A stretch of 54,762 bases of DNA from Desulfurococcaceae archaeon (lineage in GTDB: Archaea; Thermoproteota; Thermoprotei_A; Sulfolobales; Desulfurococcaceae), in contig JAWBBW010000008.1 in NCBI GenBank assembly GCA_038824035.1, forward strand, positions 1-54,762, read 5' to 3'. The position numbers were made by a program, and so were the translations under genes. Under the pieces are notes generated by a model. The model saw only the letters and a list, made by a program, of their open reading frames with translations, was not told the origin of the DNA and made no database searches. Every line of letters begins with the position of its first letter. Positions within the stretch are counted from its first letter, which is position 1. Positions 1-9,362 of the stretch are shown piece by piece.

Positions 1-369
1 AGCCCTGTTCACGAGCGCCATGACAACTGGTAATCTCAGCCCAGATGCTATGTACAATATCTCAACCATTAATGCCAATCCCTGCGAAGAAGTGGCTGTG
101 AATGTCCTGGCACCCATCGCGGCAGCCCCCACAACGGCGCTCATAGCTGAGTGCTCCGACTCCACTGGTATGAACTCTGAATACACCTCGCCATTGGCAA
201 CGAATTCCGAGAATTTTTCAACTATGATCGTCTGTGGTGTTATTGGATATGCTGTCACGACATCTACATAGCTCTGCTTAACAGCGTACGCAACTGCTTC
301 ATCCCCGTTAAGGGTCATCATTATTTGCTTATCGAGTGGTATTCTAGGCAAGAGCTCGGCTTTGCTCAT
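1..369 (-). CDS. porA: Pyruvate/ketoisovalerate:ferredoxin oxidoreductase alpha subunit (5' part; runs off the window edge)
   Basis: Not in the ORF track. Manual translation from ATG at 369 gives [47 protein letters not shown]...[10 protein letters not shown]...[14 protein letters not shown], with the YPITP and ESEH motifs. Follows the gamma and delta genes. Confidence 0.92.
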   Translation of the reverse strand, partial: MSKAELLPRIPLDKQIMMTLNGDEAVAYAVKQSYVDVVTAYPITPQTIIVEKFSEFVANGEVYSEFIPVESEHSAMSAVVGAAAMGARTFTATSSQGLALMVEILYIASGLRLPVVMALVNRA

Positions 370-373
370 AGGC

Positions 374-661
374 TTACATCACCTCTATTTCAGGGATCAT
401 TGATATCGCCTTTACAGGGCATTCGTGGGCACATATTCCACATCCTTTGCAGTAATCGTAGTTAACGACTATTTTCTCACCATCCCATATTATGGACATA
501 TCTGGACAGAATAACCAGCATATCATGCACTTCGTGCACTTGTTGTGATCAACAACCGGTTTCAATGCTCTCCAATCACCAGTTTTAACATCCGTTGACA
601 GTCTGAAAGGCAAGGCACCAATTGGCACCGATCTCCAATTCCTCAATTCACTCATACTCAC
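374..661 (-). CDS. porD: 2-oxoacid:ferredoxin oxidoreductase delta subunit (2[4Fe-4S])
   Basis: KTGDWR motif; [12 protein letters not shown] and [15 protein letters not shown]. Confidence 0.92.
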   Translation of the reverse strand: MSMSELRNWRSVPIGALPFRLSTDVKTGDWRALKPVVDHNKCTKCMICWLFCPDMSIIWDGEKIVVNYDYCKGCGICAHECPVKAISMIPEIEVM

Positions 662-1215
662 ACCTCCACTGCCTCTTCAAAAGCTCTTTTTATTAATAAA
701 AGATTCCTCTCGGCCACTGGGCCGCTGAACCTCGATCTAATGGCCTTTTCAACGCTTTCATAGCTTATCAGGCCTCCCAGCTTCAATAACCCGCCGATCA
801 TGGCTGTGTTGGTGATATTTGTTCTAAGTATTTCGAGGGCTAATTTCGTGGCTGGTACTAATATTACCCTGTAATCACCTTTCTTTATTCCAAGTCTTTC
901 AATGACCAATTCCACATTACCAGGATAATTGGTGACTATCGATCCACCTGGCTTTAAACCCTTAACAATACCAGGGGATAGCAAAGTATAATCCAGCACT
1001 ACCACTATATCAGGGTTATATATCATGGAGTGCAATTCGATCGGCTGATCGCTGATCCTGGTGAAACTCAATATCGGTGCTCCTGATCTCTCTGGGCCGA
1101 AAGCCGGGAAACTCTGCACGTACTTGCCCTCATATGCAGCTGCCACAGCCACTAGGTTACTCGCTGTCCAACCCCCTTGTCCACCTCTACTATGCCATCT
1201 TATTTCTGTTAACAT
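658..1215 (-). CDS. porG: 2-oxoacid:ferredoxin oxidoreductase gamma subunit
   Basis: EIRWHSRGGQG, FPAFGPERSGAP and NTAMIG motifs; 4-nt overlap with the delta gene. Confidence 0.92.
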   Translation of the reverse strand: MLTEIRWHSRGGQGGWTASNLVAVAAAYEGKYVQSFPAFGPERSGAPILSFTRISDQPIELHSMIYNPDIVVVLDYTLLSPGIVKGLKPGGSIVTNYPGNVELVIERLGIKKGDYRVILVPATKLALEILRTNITNTAMIGGLLKLGGLISYESVEKAIRSRFSGPVAERNLLLIKRAFEEAVEV

Positions 1216-1367
1216 TGAAAATCCCCAATTTTCCTAATAAAGGAAAGGCTAAAAAATATCACTGCAACGCGACTTTCTCACAACGCTTATTAACATGTTG
1301 GGGTAATTGTCTTTTATTAGACGCCTATTAGGGGCTTTACCGCTCCATGATGGGAGGTGTTTATCAT

Positions 1368-1631
1368 TTGGAAAAACCACCACAATCACACACTCTCCTA
1401 GTTTTAAAGAAAAGCAATCCTAAATTCACTGTTATAGTGATAGCGGATCGATGTAAGGAATGCGGGCTATGCGTATCTATATGCCCAATGAAAGTGCTTG
1501 TAAAATCTGGCATAATCAATAAACTTGGATACAGGCCACCAGAACCACTTTACATAGACAAGTGCATTGGATGTAGACTATGTGAATATAATTGCCCTGA
1601 TTTTGCGATATTCGTTGAGCGAACTAGGTGA
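1368..1631 (+). CDS. korD: 2-oxoacid:ferredoxin oxidoreductase delta subunit / ferredoxin
   Basis: CKECGLCVSICP and CIGCRLCEYNCPDFAI. TTG at 1368 after a GGAGGTG SD preferred over ATG 1347. Confidence 0.85.
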   Translation: MEKPPQSHTLLVLKKSNPKFTVIVIADRCKECGLCVSICPMKVLVKSGIINKLGYRPPEPLYIDKCIGCRLCEYNCPDFAIFVERTR

Positions 1632-2758
1632 TCCAAGTGTTAAAGACTTTCACCTCGGGCAATATAGCAATAGCTGAGGGGGCCATGACAGCCGGGTTGA
1701 AGTTCTTTGCGGGGTACCCGATTACGCCGAGCTCTGAGATAATGGAATACCTGGCTGAAAAATTGCCCAGAAAAGGCGGCGTTGTCGTACAAATGGAGGA
1801 TGAGATAGCCTCCATAAACGCTGCGATAGGGGCTTCGTGGACCGGTGCCAAGGCCATGACAGCCACATCTGGGCCAGGTTTCTCATTAATGGCCGAAACC
1901 ATTGGACTAGCGATTATGACAGAGACACCTCTGGTAGTGGTCAATGTGATGAGAGCTGGCCCTAGCACAGGTGTTCCCACTAGGACTTCGCAATCCGACG
2001 TACTCCAGGCTAGATGGGTTACTCATGGGGATTATATATTACCTTCCTATGCGCCTTGGAGCGTTCAAGAAGCATACGACCTCACCATCAAAGCATTCAA
2101 TGTTTCGGAATTATTGAGGACGCCTGTAATATTGCTCAGCGACGCTGTCATAGCACATCTCTGGGAGCCCTTGACTATATACGACCATGGAGAGGTCGAA
2201 GTGATTGAGAGAAAGAGACCGGTTAAAACAACCGACCAATACTTACCATACATGCCGGGCGATGACCTTGTACCGCCCATGGCTGTTTTCGGAGAGGGTT
2301 ACAGGGTTTTAGTGGAATCCCTCCTACATGATGAAAGAGGTTATTACAGTCCAAGCAATGACGCTTACAGAGCGTTAATCAAGAGATTATACTTGAAGAT
2401 AGCCAAGAGGATAGACTACATATTTGAGTACGACGTGTACAATATCAATGACTCAGACATTTTGCTCTTATCATATGGATCCACGGCCAGGATGACATAC
2501 CTCGTCATGAACCACTTGAGGAAGAAAGGACATAGGGTGGGCATGGTTAGATTGAAAACCCTGTGGCCTCTTTACGAGGAAAAATTGAGAACCATGTGCA
2601 GTGGTAAAAGAGTGATCGTGGTTGAGAACAACATGGGGAAGATATACATGGACATAGATAGGATATGCCGGGACAGCGATGTGTATCCAGCCCCTGTTTT
2701 AAGCCTAGAACTCCCGACAACTAAAGATATCCTCGAAGCGGTGGAACCATGGCTATGA
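1628..2758 (+). CDS. korA: 2-oxoacid:ferredoxin oxidoreductase alpha subunit (Kor/Vor type)
   Basis: FFAGYPITPSSE, QMEDEIAS, TATSGPG and RAGPSTG motifs. Confidence 0.9.
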   Translation: MIQVLKTFTSGNIAIAEGAMTAGLKFFAGYPITPSSEIMEYLAEKLPRKGGVVVQMEDEIASINAAIGASWTGAKAMTATSGPGFSLMAETIGLAIMTETPLVVVNVMRAGPSTGVPTRTSQSDVLQARWVTHGDYILPSYAPWSVQEAYDLTIKAFNVSELLRTPVILLSDAVIAHLWEPLTIYDHGEVEVIERKRPVKTTDQYLPYMPGDDLVPPMAVFGEGYRVLVESLLHDERGYYSPSNDAYRALIKRLYLKIAKRIDYIFEYDVYNINDSDILLLSYGSTARMTYLVMNHLRKKGHRVGMVRLKTLWPLYEEKLRTMCSGKRVIVVENNMGKIYMDIDRICRDSDVYPAPVLSLELPTTKDILEAVEPWL

Positions 2759-3582
2759 ACTACGTTCCCATACACCCGCTGGATCATCATTTAAGGCTTG
2801 ATAGATTACCTACATTCTATTGCCCAGGATGCGGCCTTGGAATAGCACTCGCCGCAATGTTAAGGGCGATTGATAGGGGTGTGAAAGAGGGATCGATTGA
2901 TCCGAAAAAACTGGTTTGGATTAGTGGAATAGGATGTTCAGCTAGGATGACGTTATTCGTGCACTATGATGCAGCCCACGTCCTACATGGAAGAGCTATA
3001 CCGTTTGCAACAGGCGTTGTACTCGCTAATCCAGAGATAACAGCAATAGTAATAGGCGGTGATGGGGACATAGCCGGCATTGGTGGGAATCATTTGATAC
3101 ACGCAGCTAGGAGAAACATAGACATGATCGTGGTCATGTTCACAAACTTCGTATACGCCATGACGGGAGGACAAGTAGCCCCTACAACGCCCATGTGGGT
3201 TAGGACAACAACCACTCCCCGTGGAAACCCGGAAATGCCACTTGATGTCGTGAAACTTGTTTCATCGCTAAATGCGAATTACGTGGCCAGGGCTAGTGTA
3301 ACCACACCACACTATATCGAGCAATTCTTTTACAAGGCTTTGAGAATGAGGGGTTTCAGGTTCATAGAGATAATAAGCACTTGTCCAGAAGTATATGGCA
3401 GACATATAGGGCTAAGGAACCCAGTCGAAATATATAATGAGTTGAGAAAAATTGTCAAATATAAGCAAAACCCAAGTATTGATGAATCGAGGATTATATG
3501 GGGCAAGGAGATAATTATAGGTGAATTTGTTATCAGGAATAATGCATCATATATAGAGACATTAAGAGGTGTTTTGAAGTGA
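2749..3582 (+). CDS. korB: 2-oxoacid:ferredoxin oxidoreductase beta subunit (TPP-binding)
   Basis: YCPGCG, SGIGCS, LHGRA, GDGD...N TPP motif and TGGQVAPTT. Confidence 0.9.
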   Translation: MAMNYVPIHPLDHHLRLDRLPTFYCPGCGLGIALAAMLRAIDRGVKEGSIDPKKLVWISGIGCSARMTLFVHYDAAHVLHGRAIPFATGVVLANPEITAIVIGGDGDIAGIGGNHLIHAARRNIDMIVVMFTNFVYAMTGGQVAPTTPMWVRTTTTPRGNPEMPLDVVKLVSSLNANYVARASVTTPHYIEQFFYKALRMRGFRFIEIISTCPEVYGRHIGLRNPVEIYNELRKIVKYKQNPSIDESRIIWGKEIIIGEFVIRNNASYIETLRGVLK

Positions 3583-4109
3583 AGTGGGAAATATTGATCA
3601 TAGGCCGTGGAGGCCAAGGAATATTGCTCCTTGGAAGAATATTGGGTTTGGCCGCCAGCAAATATGCAGGACTTTATGCTGTCTTTACCGAGAGCTATGC
3701 AGCTGAGACACGTGGTGGCGAGAGTAGGTCGGATGTCATAATAGCGAACACCGTGGAGGAAATAGATTACATAAAAGTCCAGAGACCGGATATAGCTGTG
3801 TTCATGTATCCATATAACCTAGACAAGTACAAGGCGATGCTGAAGCCACATTCAATGGTGTTCATCGACGATGAATATGTCGATCCAGGGATTTTCAAAG
3901 AACACATAGTGTTTAGCCATAAATTCAGCGAAATAGCGGAAAAACAAGCTGGTTCGAGAAGAGTCGCCAACATGGTCCTACTCGGCAAGCTTATCAAGGA
4001 GACAAAAATATTGAGTATTGACCACGTGAAGAAAACACTAGAAGAGCTAATACATCCTAATTGGTTTGAGATCAATATCAAGGCTCTCGAAACCGGTTAC
4101 AACCTATAG
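3579..4109 (+). CDS. korC: 2-oxoacid:ferredoxin oxidoreductase gamma subunit
   Basis: GRGGQG, SYAAETRGG and ANMVLLG; GTGA overlap with the beta gene. Confidence 0.88.
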   Translation: MKWEILIIGRGGQGILLLGRILGLAASKYAGLYAVFTESYAAETRGGESRSDVIIANTVEEIDYIKVQRPDIAVFMYPYNLDKYKAMLKPHSMVFIDDEYVDPGIFKEHIVFSHKFSEIAEKQAGSRRVANMVLLGKLIKETKILSIDHVKKTLEELIHPNWFEINIKALETGYNL

Positions 4110-4111
4110 GG

Positions 4112-4119
4112 TTTTAAAT
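4112..4119 (+). promoter_or_regulatory. Putative TATA box of the tRNA-Ala transcript
   Basis: TTTTAAAT about 30 nt upstream of the mature tRNA 5' end. Confidence 0.55.
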
Positions 4120-4148
4120 CCTAATTGCAAATGATGAGTAACTGAAAA

Positions 4149-4221
<73 letters not shown>

Positions 4222-4229
4222 CTGGTTTT

Positions 4230-4281
4230 GTGATGAAAGGTGTGAGCTACCTGAATGCGTGAAGATGGATGGCGTCGCTGA
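4230..4281 (+). ncRNA. C/D box sRNA (2'-O-methylation guide)
   Basis: C box GTGATGA (4230-4236), 14-nt spacer, D' CTGA (4251-4254), C' GTGAAGA (4259-4265), 12-nt guide TGGATGGCGTCG, D box CTGA (4278-4281). The 52-nt intergenic layout is canonical for archaea. Confidence 0.82.
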
Positions 4282-4300
4282 TCAAATGGATTGTGATGTT

Positions 4301-7294
4301 TTATTCTATGACGAGTTCGCTTGATCTATGCACATAATACGGCTCTATTGATACCTCGACGAGCGATGCGTCATGGGAGACTATGTGCATCATAATCGTG
4401 ACCTCGTTAATACCTCTCTTGATCAAGTCATCGAATATGTAGAATTCTCTTTGCGGGTTTTCAACGCTGTATCTACCTATAAACTCTCCGTTGAAAAATA
4501 ACAGTGCCCTGAACCCCTGTCCCTTTAAACGTAATTTCAGAGGAGACGTGGTGATCTTGGCTGTGTTGATTTCAACAGGTATCTTAACCCACACAACTCC
4601 ACCGGCTTTGTCAAATAATCTCAGCGGTATTGTCGTTTTAATCCAGTTCTCATCCACCCCTTGTTTAAACCATTCTTTGTTTAATCCATAAATGCCTTTT
4701 TGTACAAACCAGTCTCCACTAAGTGCATATTGGTAATTTCTCAGAACTGGGAAGAGACCTCCTCTTTCCGAGAATACCGCGATTTCATTGATACCCTTTT
4801 TCATGTGATCCGTGATATCCATGGGCTTTATATAGGGACCAAGGTATTCTCCATTTACAAATACCAGTATACGTGGGTAGAAATTGCTGTGCACATGGGT
4901 GCCGAGATCTAGCACATATCTACCGTTTAATTTTTCCATGTGTATTCTCTTTACAAATAGCCCTGCTCGATCGATCGCAACACTCTCATCGTTAACTATG
5001 TCTTTGATTTTCCCGAGTACTTGGAGTATTGATTCAGGTCTCTCAATGAACATGGACATATCGAAATAAGGGCCGATCTGCGGGCGTGTATCAATATATA
5101 TCCAGTTCCTCAGCGGAATGGTATTTATCTCGCCGAGGTAGAATGGGTTAAGGATCCCATTGGGAACATATAGTACGCCATCATTTGGATGACCCGTTGA
5201 CTCCAGTATTAACTGGAACTCGTTAATGCCTGGTTTTAGATAATCGGTTAGATCCACCTCAAGGACGTGATATCCAGAGGAGACGTGTTTTCCATTCACA
5301 ATTAACGATGCGTAATCATTGATTCCCGATATAAATGCTCTCTTGTTCACCAACTTTTCATAGCTTTCTTCATCGATATTTATAATCACCGTGTAGAAGT
5401 AGTAACCATTTTCAAAGAAACCTGCTTTTTCAAGTGGTTGACAAGGCTGTATTGCTTTCATAATGTCTCTATGCGTTATAGGATCTTCTCGCATATATAC
5501 ACGATTATCGATATGTATAACGGGTTTTTCGACAATTTTCACGTCTTCTCTATCAAGCCTAGTAAAATACGCGTTATCACAGGGTTTTTCAAAATACAGC
5601 TCCCTGTTATTCATGAACATTTTCTTGATGGGCCTTGGCGTCAAGATAAGTATATCGCCGTGGCTTTTTTCATCGAGTTCTAATTCCAGCAATAGAGCGT
5701 TATTCTTGTAAGAGGTCTTTCCTATGAAATATAAATTAGAGATCAAGATCATGGGTGGATTCAGTTCGTCTATGAGCCATGTTCTCCCAGCTCTATCCCT
5801 ATTCGTAAATACCATGTAGAGAGTCTTACCACGTGATTCCAATGCCACCATATTATCAAGATCCCCGTGAACGTTTTCGACGATAACCCTGTTTCCACTT
5901 AAACTATATTTCACAAAGCCATGGACACACTTAATGTTCAAAGCGTCCTCAGCTTCTACTAGTGTCTCGGTCTTTTCACCTATATCACCATAGAACACTA
6001 GGAATGAGCTGTCTCCATGTATTTGTTTCAACAAAGGCTCAGCTGTACTGTATATTAGTTTAAATGGAGTACCTCGTAATTTATGATTCATCACCATTAT
6101 CTTGGCATATTTCAATGGAACTCTTATATCACTGTGCAGAGGTACGAAATCATCGTTAATTAATAATCTCTGGTTACATATATTGTCGCCAAGATTCCTC
6201 AACACAATGATCATTTCCCCATCATCATTTATCCTGGCAAAGAGCTTTGTGCAATCATATACTTGTTTAACAGCTGTTTGAACTGGCTTGGTCCTCGATA
6301 ATAAGTCCTTAAATGTATTTGCGAACGTGAAAACCCTTTTAACAGCGTAATATCTCTCTGAGAGCTCTCCCCATTCCCTTATACTTGCTTCATAGTCATA
6401 TGTTGTCGTGATGTATTTACCCGTATAATAACCCGGATTAGTGCCTCCATGAAACATGTAGATGTTTATGGCATTTAATCCCATACCTATGGCTGTTTTA
6501 ACCAAGATCTCTGTCCACGAAGCTGGGAAACTACCTCTACTTGTCGGTAAATACCCGTTTATCGTGGAGAACCAGCCCCCTTCAAGCTCCATGAACATTT
6601 TGAATAAACCCGGTTGAGACTTCATGTAACTTTCTAATTTTCTATCAAACCGTTCTATAGACCATGGAGCTGGGTAATCATCTATCGTGTTTGCCACAAG
6701 AGTGTTCTCTAGGAATGGGTTTTCATTGGTCACTATTGATATATCATCTACATCTATATACCTCTTAGCGACATCGTGTAATCTGAGTATATAGTCCTTA
6801 AATCCCCAGAAATATTCGTTCTCCACCTGTAATAAAACCACGGGGCCTCCTTTACTGATGGTGTATTCTTTGAGTATTGGCAATATCTTAGAATACCATT
6901 TCTCAGCGTAATACATATACTTATCATCCAGGGATCGAAGCCTTGCCGTTTCATTATATAGCCAATTAGGGTGACCTCCACTATCCCATTCTGAGCATAT
7001 ATATGGGCCAGGCCTAGCTATGAAATACATACCCAGTTCTCTAATTGTTTTCAAATAACTTTCAATATTCCTGCTAAAAGAACTAGCCACGTACCACTCT
7101 CTATGTGAATAATCATCAAAGACGTATATGTCTCTTAGTGGTTCGTGCCAATTCCAGGGAATATAACTGGATATGCAATTGAGCCCGGCTCTCTTGGCCT
7201 TTAAAACCCTGTCCTCCCAGAGGACACGCGGTGTCCTGAAGTAATGTATTTCACCACACAAGAGGACATGTTGATGTATGGGTTGATGTATCAA
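4301..7294 (-). CDS. GH35 glycoside hydrolase (beta-galactosidase-like) with C-terminal beta-sandwich domains
   Basis: GEIHYFR, YIPWNWHEP, RPGPYICSEW, LQVENEY (acid/base), MELEGGWF (nucleophile), YMFHGGTN and TTYDY. No signal peptide. Confidence 0.9.
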   Translation of the reverse strand: MIHQPIHQHVLLCGEIHYFRTPRVLWEDRVLKAKRAGLNCISSYIPWNWHEPLRDIYVFDDYSHREWYVASSFSRNIESYLKTIRELGMYFIARPGPYICSEWDSGGHPNWLYNETARLRSLDDKYMYYAEKWYSKILPILKEYTISKGGPVVLLQVENEYFWGFKDYILRLHDVAKRYIDVDDISIVTNENPFLENTLVANTIDDYPAPWSIERFDRKLESYMKSQPGLFKMFMELEGGWFSTINGYLPTSRGSFPASWTEILVKTAIGMGLNAINIYMFHGGTNPGYYTGKYITTTYDYEASIREWGELSERYYAVKRVFTFANTFKDLLSRTKPVQTAVKQVYDCTKLFARINDDGEMIIVLRNLGDNICNQRLLINDDFVPLHSDIRVPLKYAKIMVMNHKLRGTPFKLIYSTAEPLLKQIHGDSSFLVFYGDIGEKTETLVEAEDALNIKCVHGFVKYSLSGNRVIVENVHGDLDNMVALESRGKTLYMVFTNRDRAGRTWLIDELNPPMILISNLYFIGKTSYKNNALLLELELDEKSHGDILILTPRPIKKMFMNNRELYFEKPCDNAYFTRLDREDVKIVEKPVIHIDNRVYMREDPITHRDIMKAIQPCQPLEKAGFFENGYYFYTVIINIDEESYEKLVNKRAFISGINDYASLIVNGKHVSSGYHVLEVDLTDYLKPGINEFQLILESTGHPNDGVLYVPNGILNPFYLGEINTIPLRNWIYIDTRPQIGPYFDMSMFIERPESILQVLGKIKDIVNDESVAIDRAGLFVKRIHMEKLNGRYVLDLGTHVHSNFYPRILVFVNGEYLGPYIKPMDITDHMKKGINEIAVFSERGGLFPVLRNYQYALSGDWFVQKGIYGLNKEWFKQGVDENWIKTTIPLRLFDKAGGVVWVKIPVEINTAKITTSPLKLRLKGQGFRALLFFNGEFIGRYSVENPQREFYIFDDLIKRGINEVTIMMHIVSHDASLVEVSIEPYYVHRSSELVIE

Positions 7295-7358
7295 TGCACA
7301 ACACCTTTATAACGTATTGTAGATTATTGTAGATTTAGTAAATATGTAAAATAAATAA

Positions 7359-8399
7359 ATGGGCATAACCATTCCTGGCTTTGAGCGCTTCACTGTAAAG
7401 GGTTGTCATATGGATAAACCGGGATATCTGATATGGATATTCACTGCTATCTGTAACTTAAACTGCCTCCATTGTTATACGTATAGATTTAGAGGCATAA
7501 AGGAGCTCAGTTTAAGCGATAAGTTGAAAATAGCGAGGGAAATAGGCGAGCTGGGCGTGGAATACGTGAACTTGACTGGTGGAGAGCCATTGATACATCC
7601 CCATTTACCATTTCTACTCAGAGAGCTAGATGAATACGGTGTTGAGAAAAGCGTTGTGACAAATGCGACAACTGTGAATGAAAACGTGATTAACCTACTC
7701 GTCAAGACAAATACATACGTATTCGTAACCATAGAAGGCCCGAGGAACATTCATGACGAAATAAGGGGTAGAGGGGTATTCGACAAAGTCGTTGAAAACA
7801 CTAAGTTGATCAAGAGTAGAGTAGGGCGTTTCTCCGTTGTCACGACCATTAATAGGTTAAATTACATATATACGGAGAGAATGGTAGATCTAGCCATAGA
7901 CCTAGGTGCAGACGAGTTAGCGGTATTGCCCGTCATGCCTTCTGGGAGAGCACTTGAGACAAAAACATACATCGAGCCCTTTGAATACCTCTTAGCCCTT
8001 CTAAGTATATCTCGGAAAGCCCGTTCCCGTGGACTGCCGATCTCAGCGTGGTGCACTCCATGGGCCCCCCTGTTAAAGGGGCTGGAAGGAGTTGGTTTTT
8101 GGTTTTGCAGGGAGATGAATGGCATGGACATAGACCCTGCTGGCAATGTGTTGCTATGTGATATACTTGATTTCAAAATAACCAATGTCATTGAAAAAGG
8201 TGTTCTAGGAGCGTTTAGAGAATTCAAGGATAATTGGTTAGTAAAATCAGTTTCAAATCCATTGAAAATGCCAAGCGAGTGTGCGAAATGTGATATATCA
8301 CTTGGATGCCGTGGCGGTTGTTTCGCAAGGTCATATATATTAAAAGGGGATTTAAACGCCGGAGACCCGCTTTGCCCGGTCATTAGCAAATTGCTGTGA
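7359..8399 (+). CDS. Radical SAM protein with SPASM domain (start probably ATG 7410)
   Basis: CNLNCLHC, TGGEP, and C-terminal C...IDPAGNVLLC...CAKC...CRGGC...C. Confidence 0.88.
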   Translation: MGITIPGFERFTVKGCHMDKPGYLIWIFTAICNLNCLHCYTYRFRGIKELSLSDKLKIAREIGELGVEYVNLTGGEPLIHPHLPFLLRELDEYGVEKSVVTNATTVNENVINLLVKTNTYVFVTIEGPRNIHDEIRGRGVFDKVVENTKLIKSRVGRFSVVTTINRLNYIYTERMVDLAIDLGADELAVLPVMPSGRALETKTYIEPFEYLLALLSISRKARSRGLPISAWCTPWAPLLKGLEGVGFWFCREMNGMDIDPAGNVLLCDILDFKITNVIEKGVLGAFREFKDNWLVKSVSNPLKMPSECAKCDISLGCRGGCFARSYILKGDLNAGDPLCPVISKLL

Positions 8400-8427
8400 A
8401 CAATGTAAGGCACAAGGTTTATTCGGT

Positions 8428-9288
8428 TTGCTAATCAAACTAGCATTTAGAGCAGGTATGAGAAAAGCCGCCTCAACACTAATAATTGTAATGGCTGTGA
8501 TTGTCGTAGTGATTGTTACAGTACAGTATATAATGGTGATCAGAGAGAAACCGGCCTTATTCATATATACAGATCCATCGGCCTATCCATTGATAAACAC
8601 GTTGGCGATTTACTATGAATTGAAAAACGATGTGGATTTAAGGGTTATCAGCACGGCATTACCCAGCTTACTGGCCAGGATTATTGCTACAAATACCGGC
8701 GACATAATCGTGACGCCGGATCACATGTCTATGATAAAGATCATGGAGCATGGGCTTGTCCACAATGAGACTGTTAAACCACTTTCACTCGTCATACCAT
8801 CTCTATTGGTTAACAAGGGCGTTACACGACCTATAACAGGTCTAAGTGATCTTGTCAAAAACGTCCATGTGATCGGGGTGGTTGATCCATCCTATTCATT
8901 TTTTGGCGAGATATCTATTCAATTACTTATTGAAAGCGGGGTTTACGATGATGTGGAAAACAAATTAGTCGTTTACCAGGATATCCCTCAACTGGCTAGG
9001 CAAGTTGCACTAGGAGTTGTTGACACCGCGATATTGCCTAGTTTCACACATAATTGGTATCCAGAGGACACTTATGTTGTCTGGTTGACTCAGAGTAATG
9101 TATCGATCCCAGTAACATGTCAAATGATCGGTGTTTTGAAGTACACAAGTGACTATGAGAGAGCTAATAGTTTCCTGAACTACGTGGTCGAGTTCGTTGA
9201 GAAAGGGTATGCCTCGCGATTAGGTTATGTATTAAGGGGTGTCGAGGAATACGTGGCGAATACGCTTCCATCAATATGCCGGATTTAG
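8428..9288 (+). CDS. ModA-like substrate-binding protein, membrane-anchored, divergent (start probably ATG 8458)
   Basis: N-terminal hydrophobic anchor; LLARI...GDIIV, IGVVDPSYSFFG and QVALGVVDTAI resemble ModA-family segments. Confidence 0.6.
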   Translation: MLIKLAFRAGMRKAASTLIIVMAVIVVVIVTVQYIMVIREKPALFIYTDPSAYPLINTLAIYYELKNDVDLRVISTALPSLLARIIATNTGDIIVTPDHMSMIKIMEHGLVHNETVKPLSLVIPSLLVNKGVTRPITGLSDLVKNVHVIGVVDPSYSFFGEISIQLLIESGVYDDVENKLVVYQDIPQLARQVALGVVDTAILPSFTHNWYPEDTYVVWLTQSNVSIPVTCQMIGVLKYTSDYERANSFLNYVVEFVEKGYASRLGYVLRGVEEYVANTLPSICRI

Positions 9289-9362
9289 TCAACAAGAAGT
9301 GGTAAACAATGTGCACAGAGCTAAATTAGCGATGATGATCAAATTTATGAAAAAGGGTGAAA

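Noticed and set aside
4131-4145. ATGATGA-GTAA-CTGA (C and D boxes) just upstream of the tRNA
   Set aside because: Only 4 nt separate the boxes, there is no guide, and it lies between the TATA box and the expected start site, so it is mostly untranscribed.
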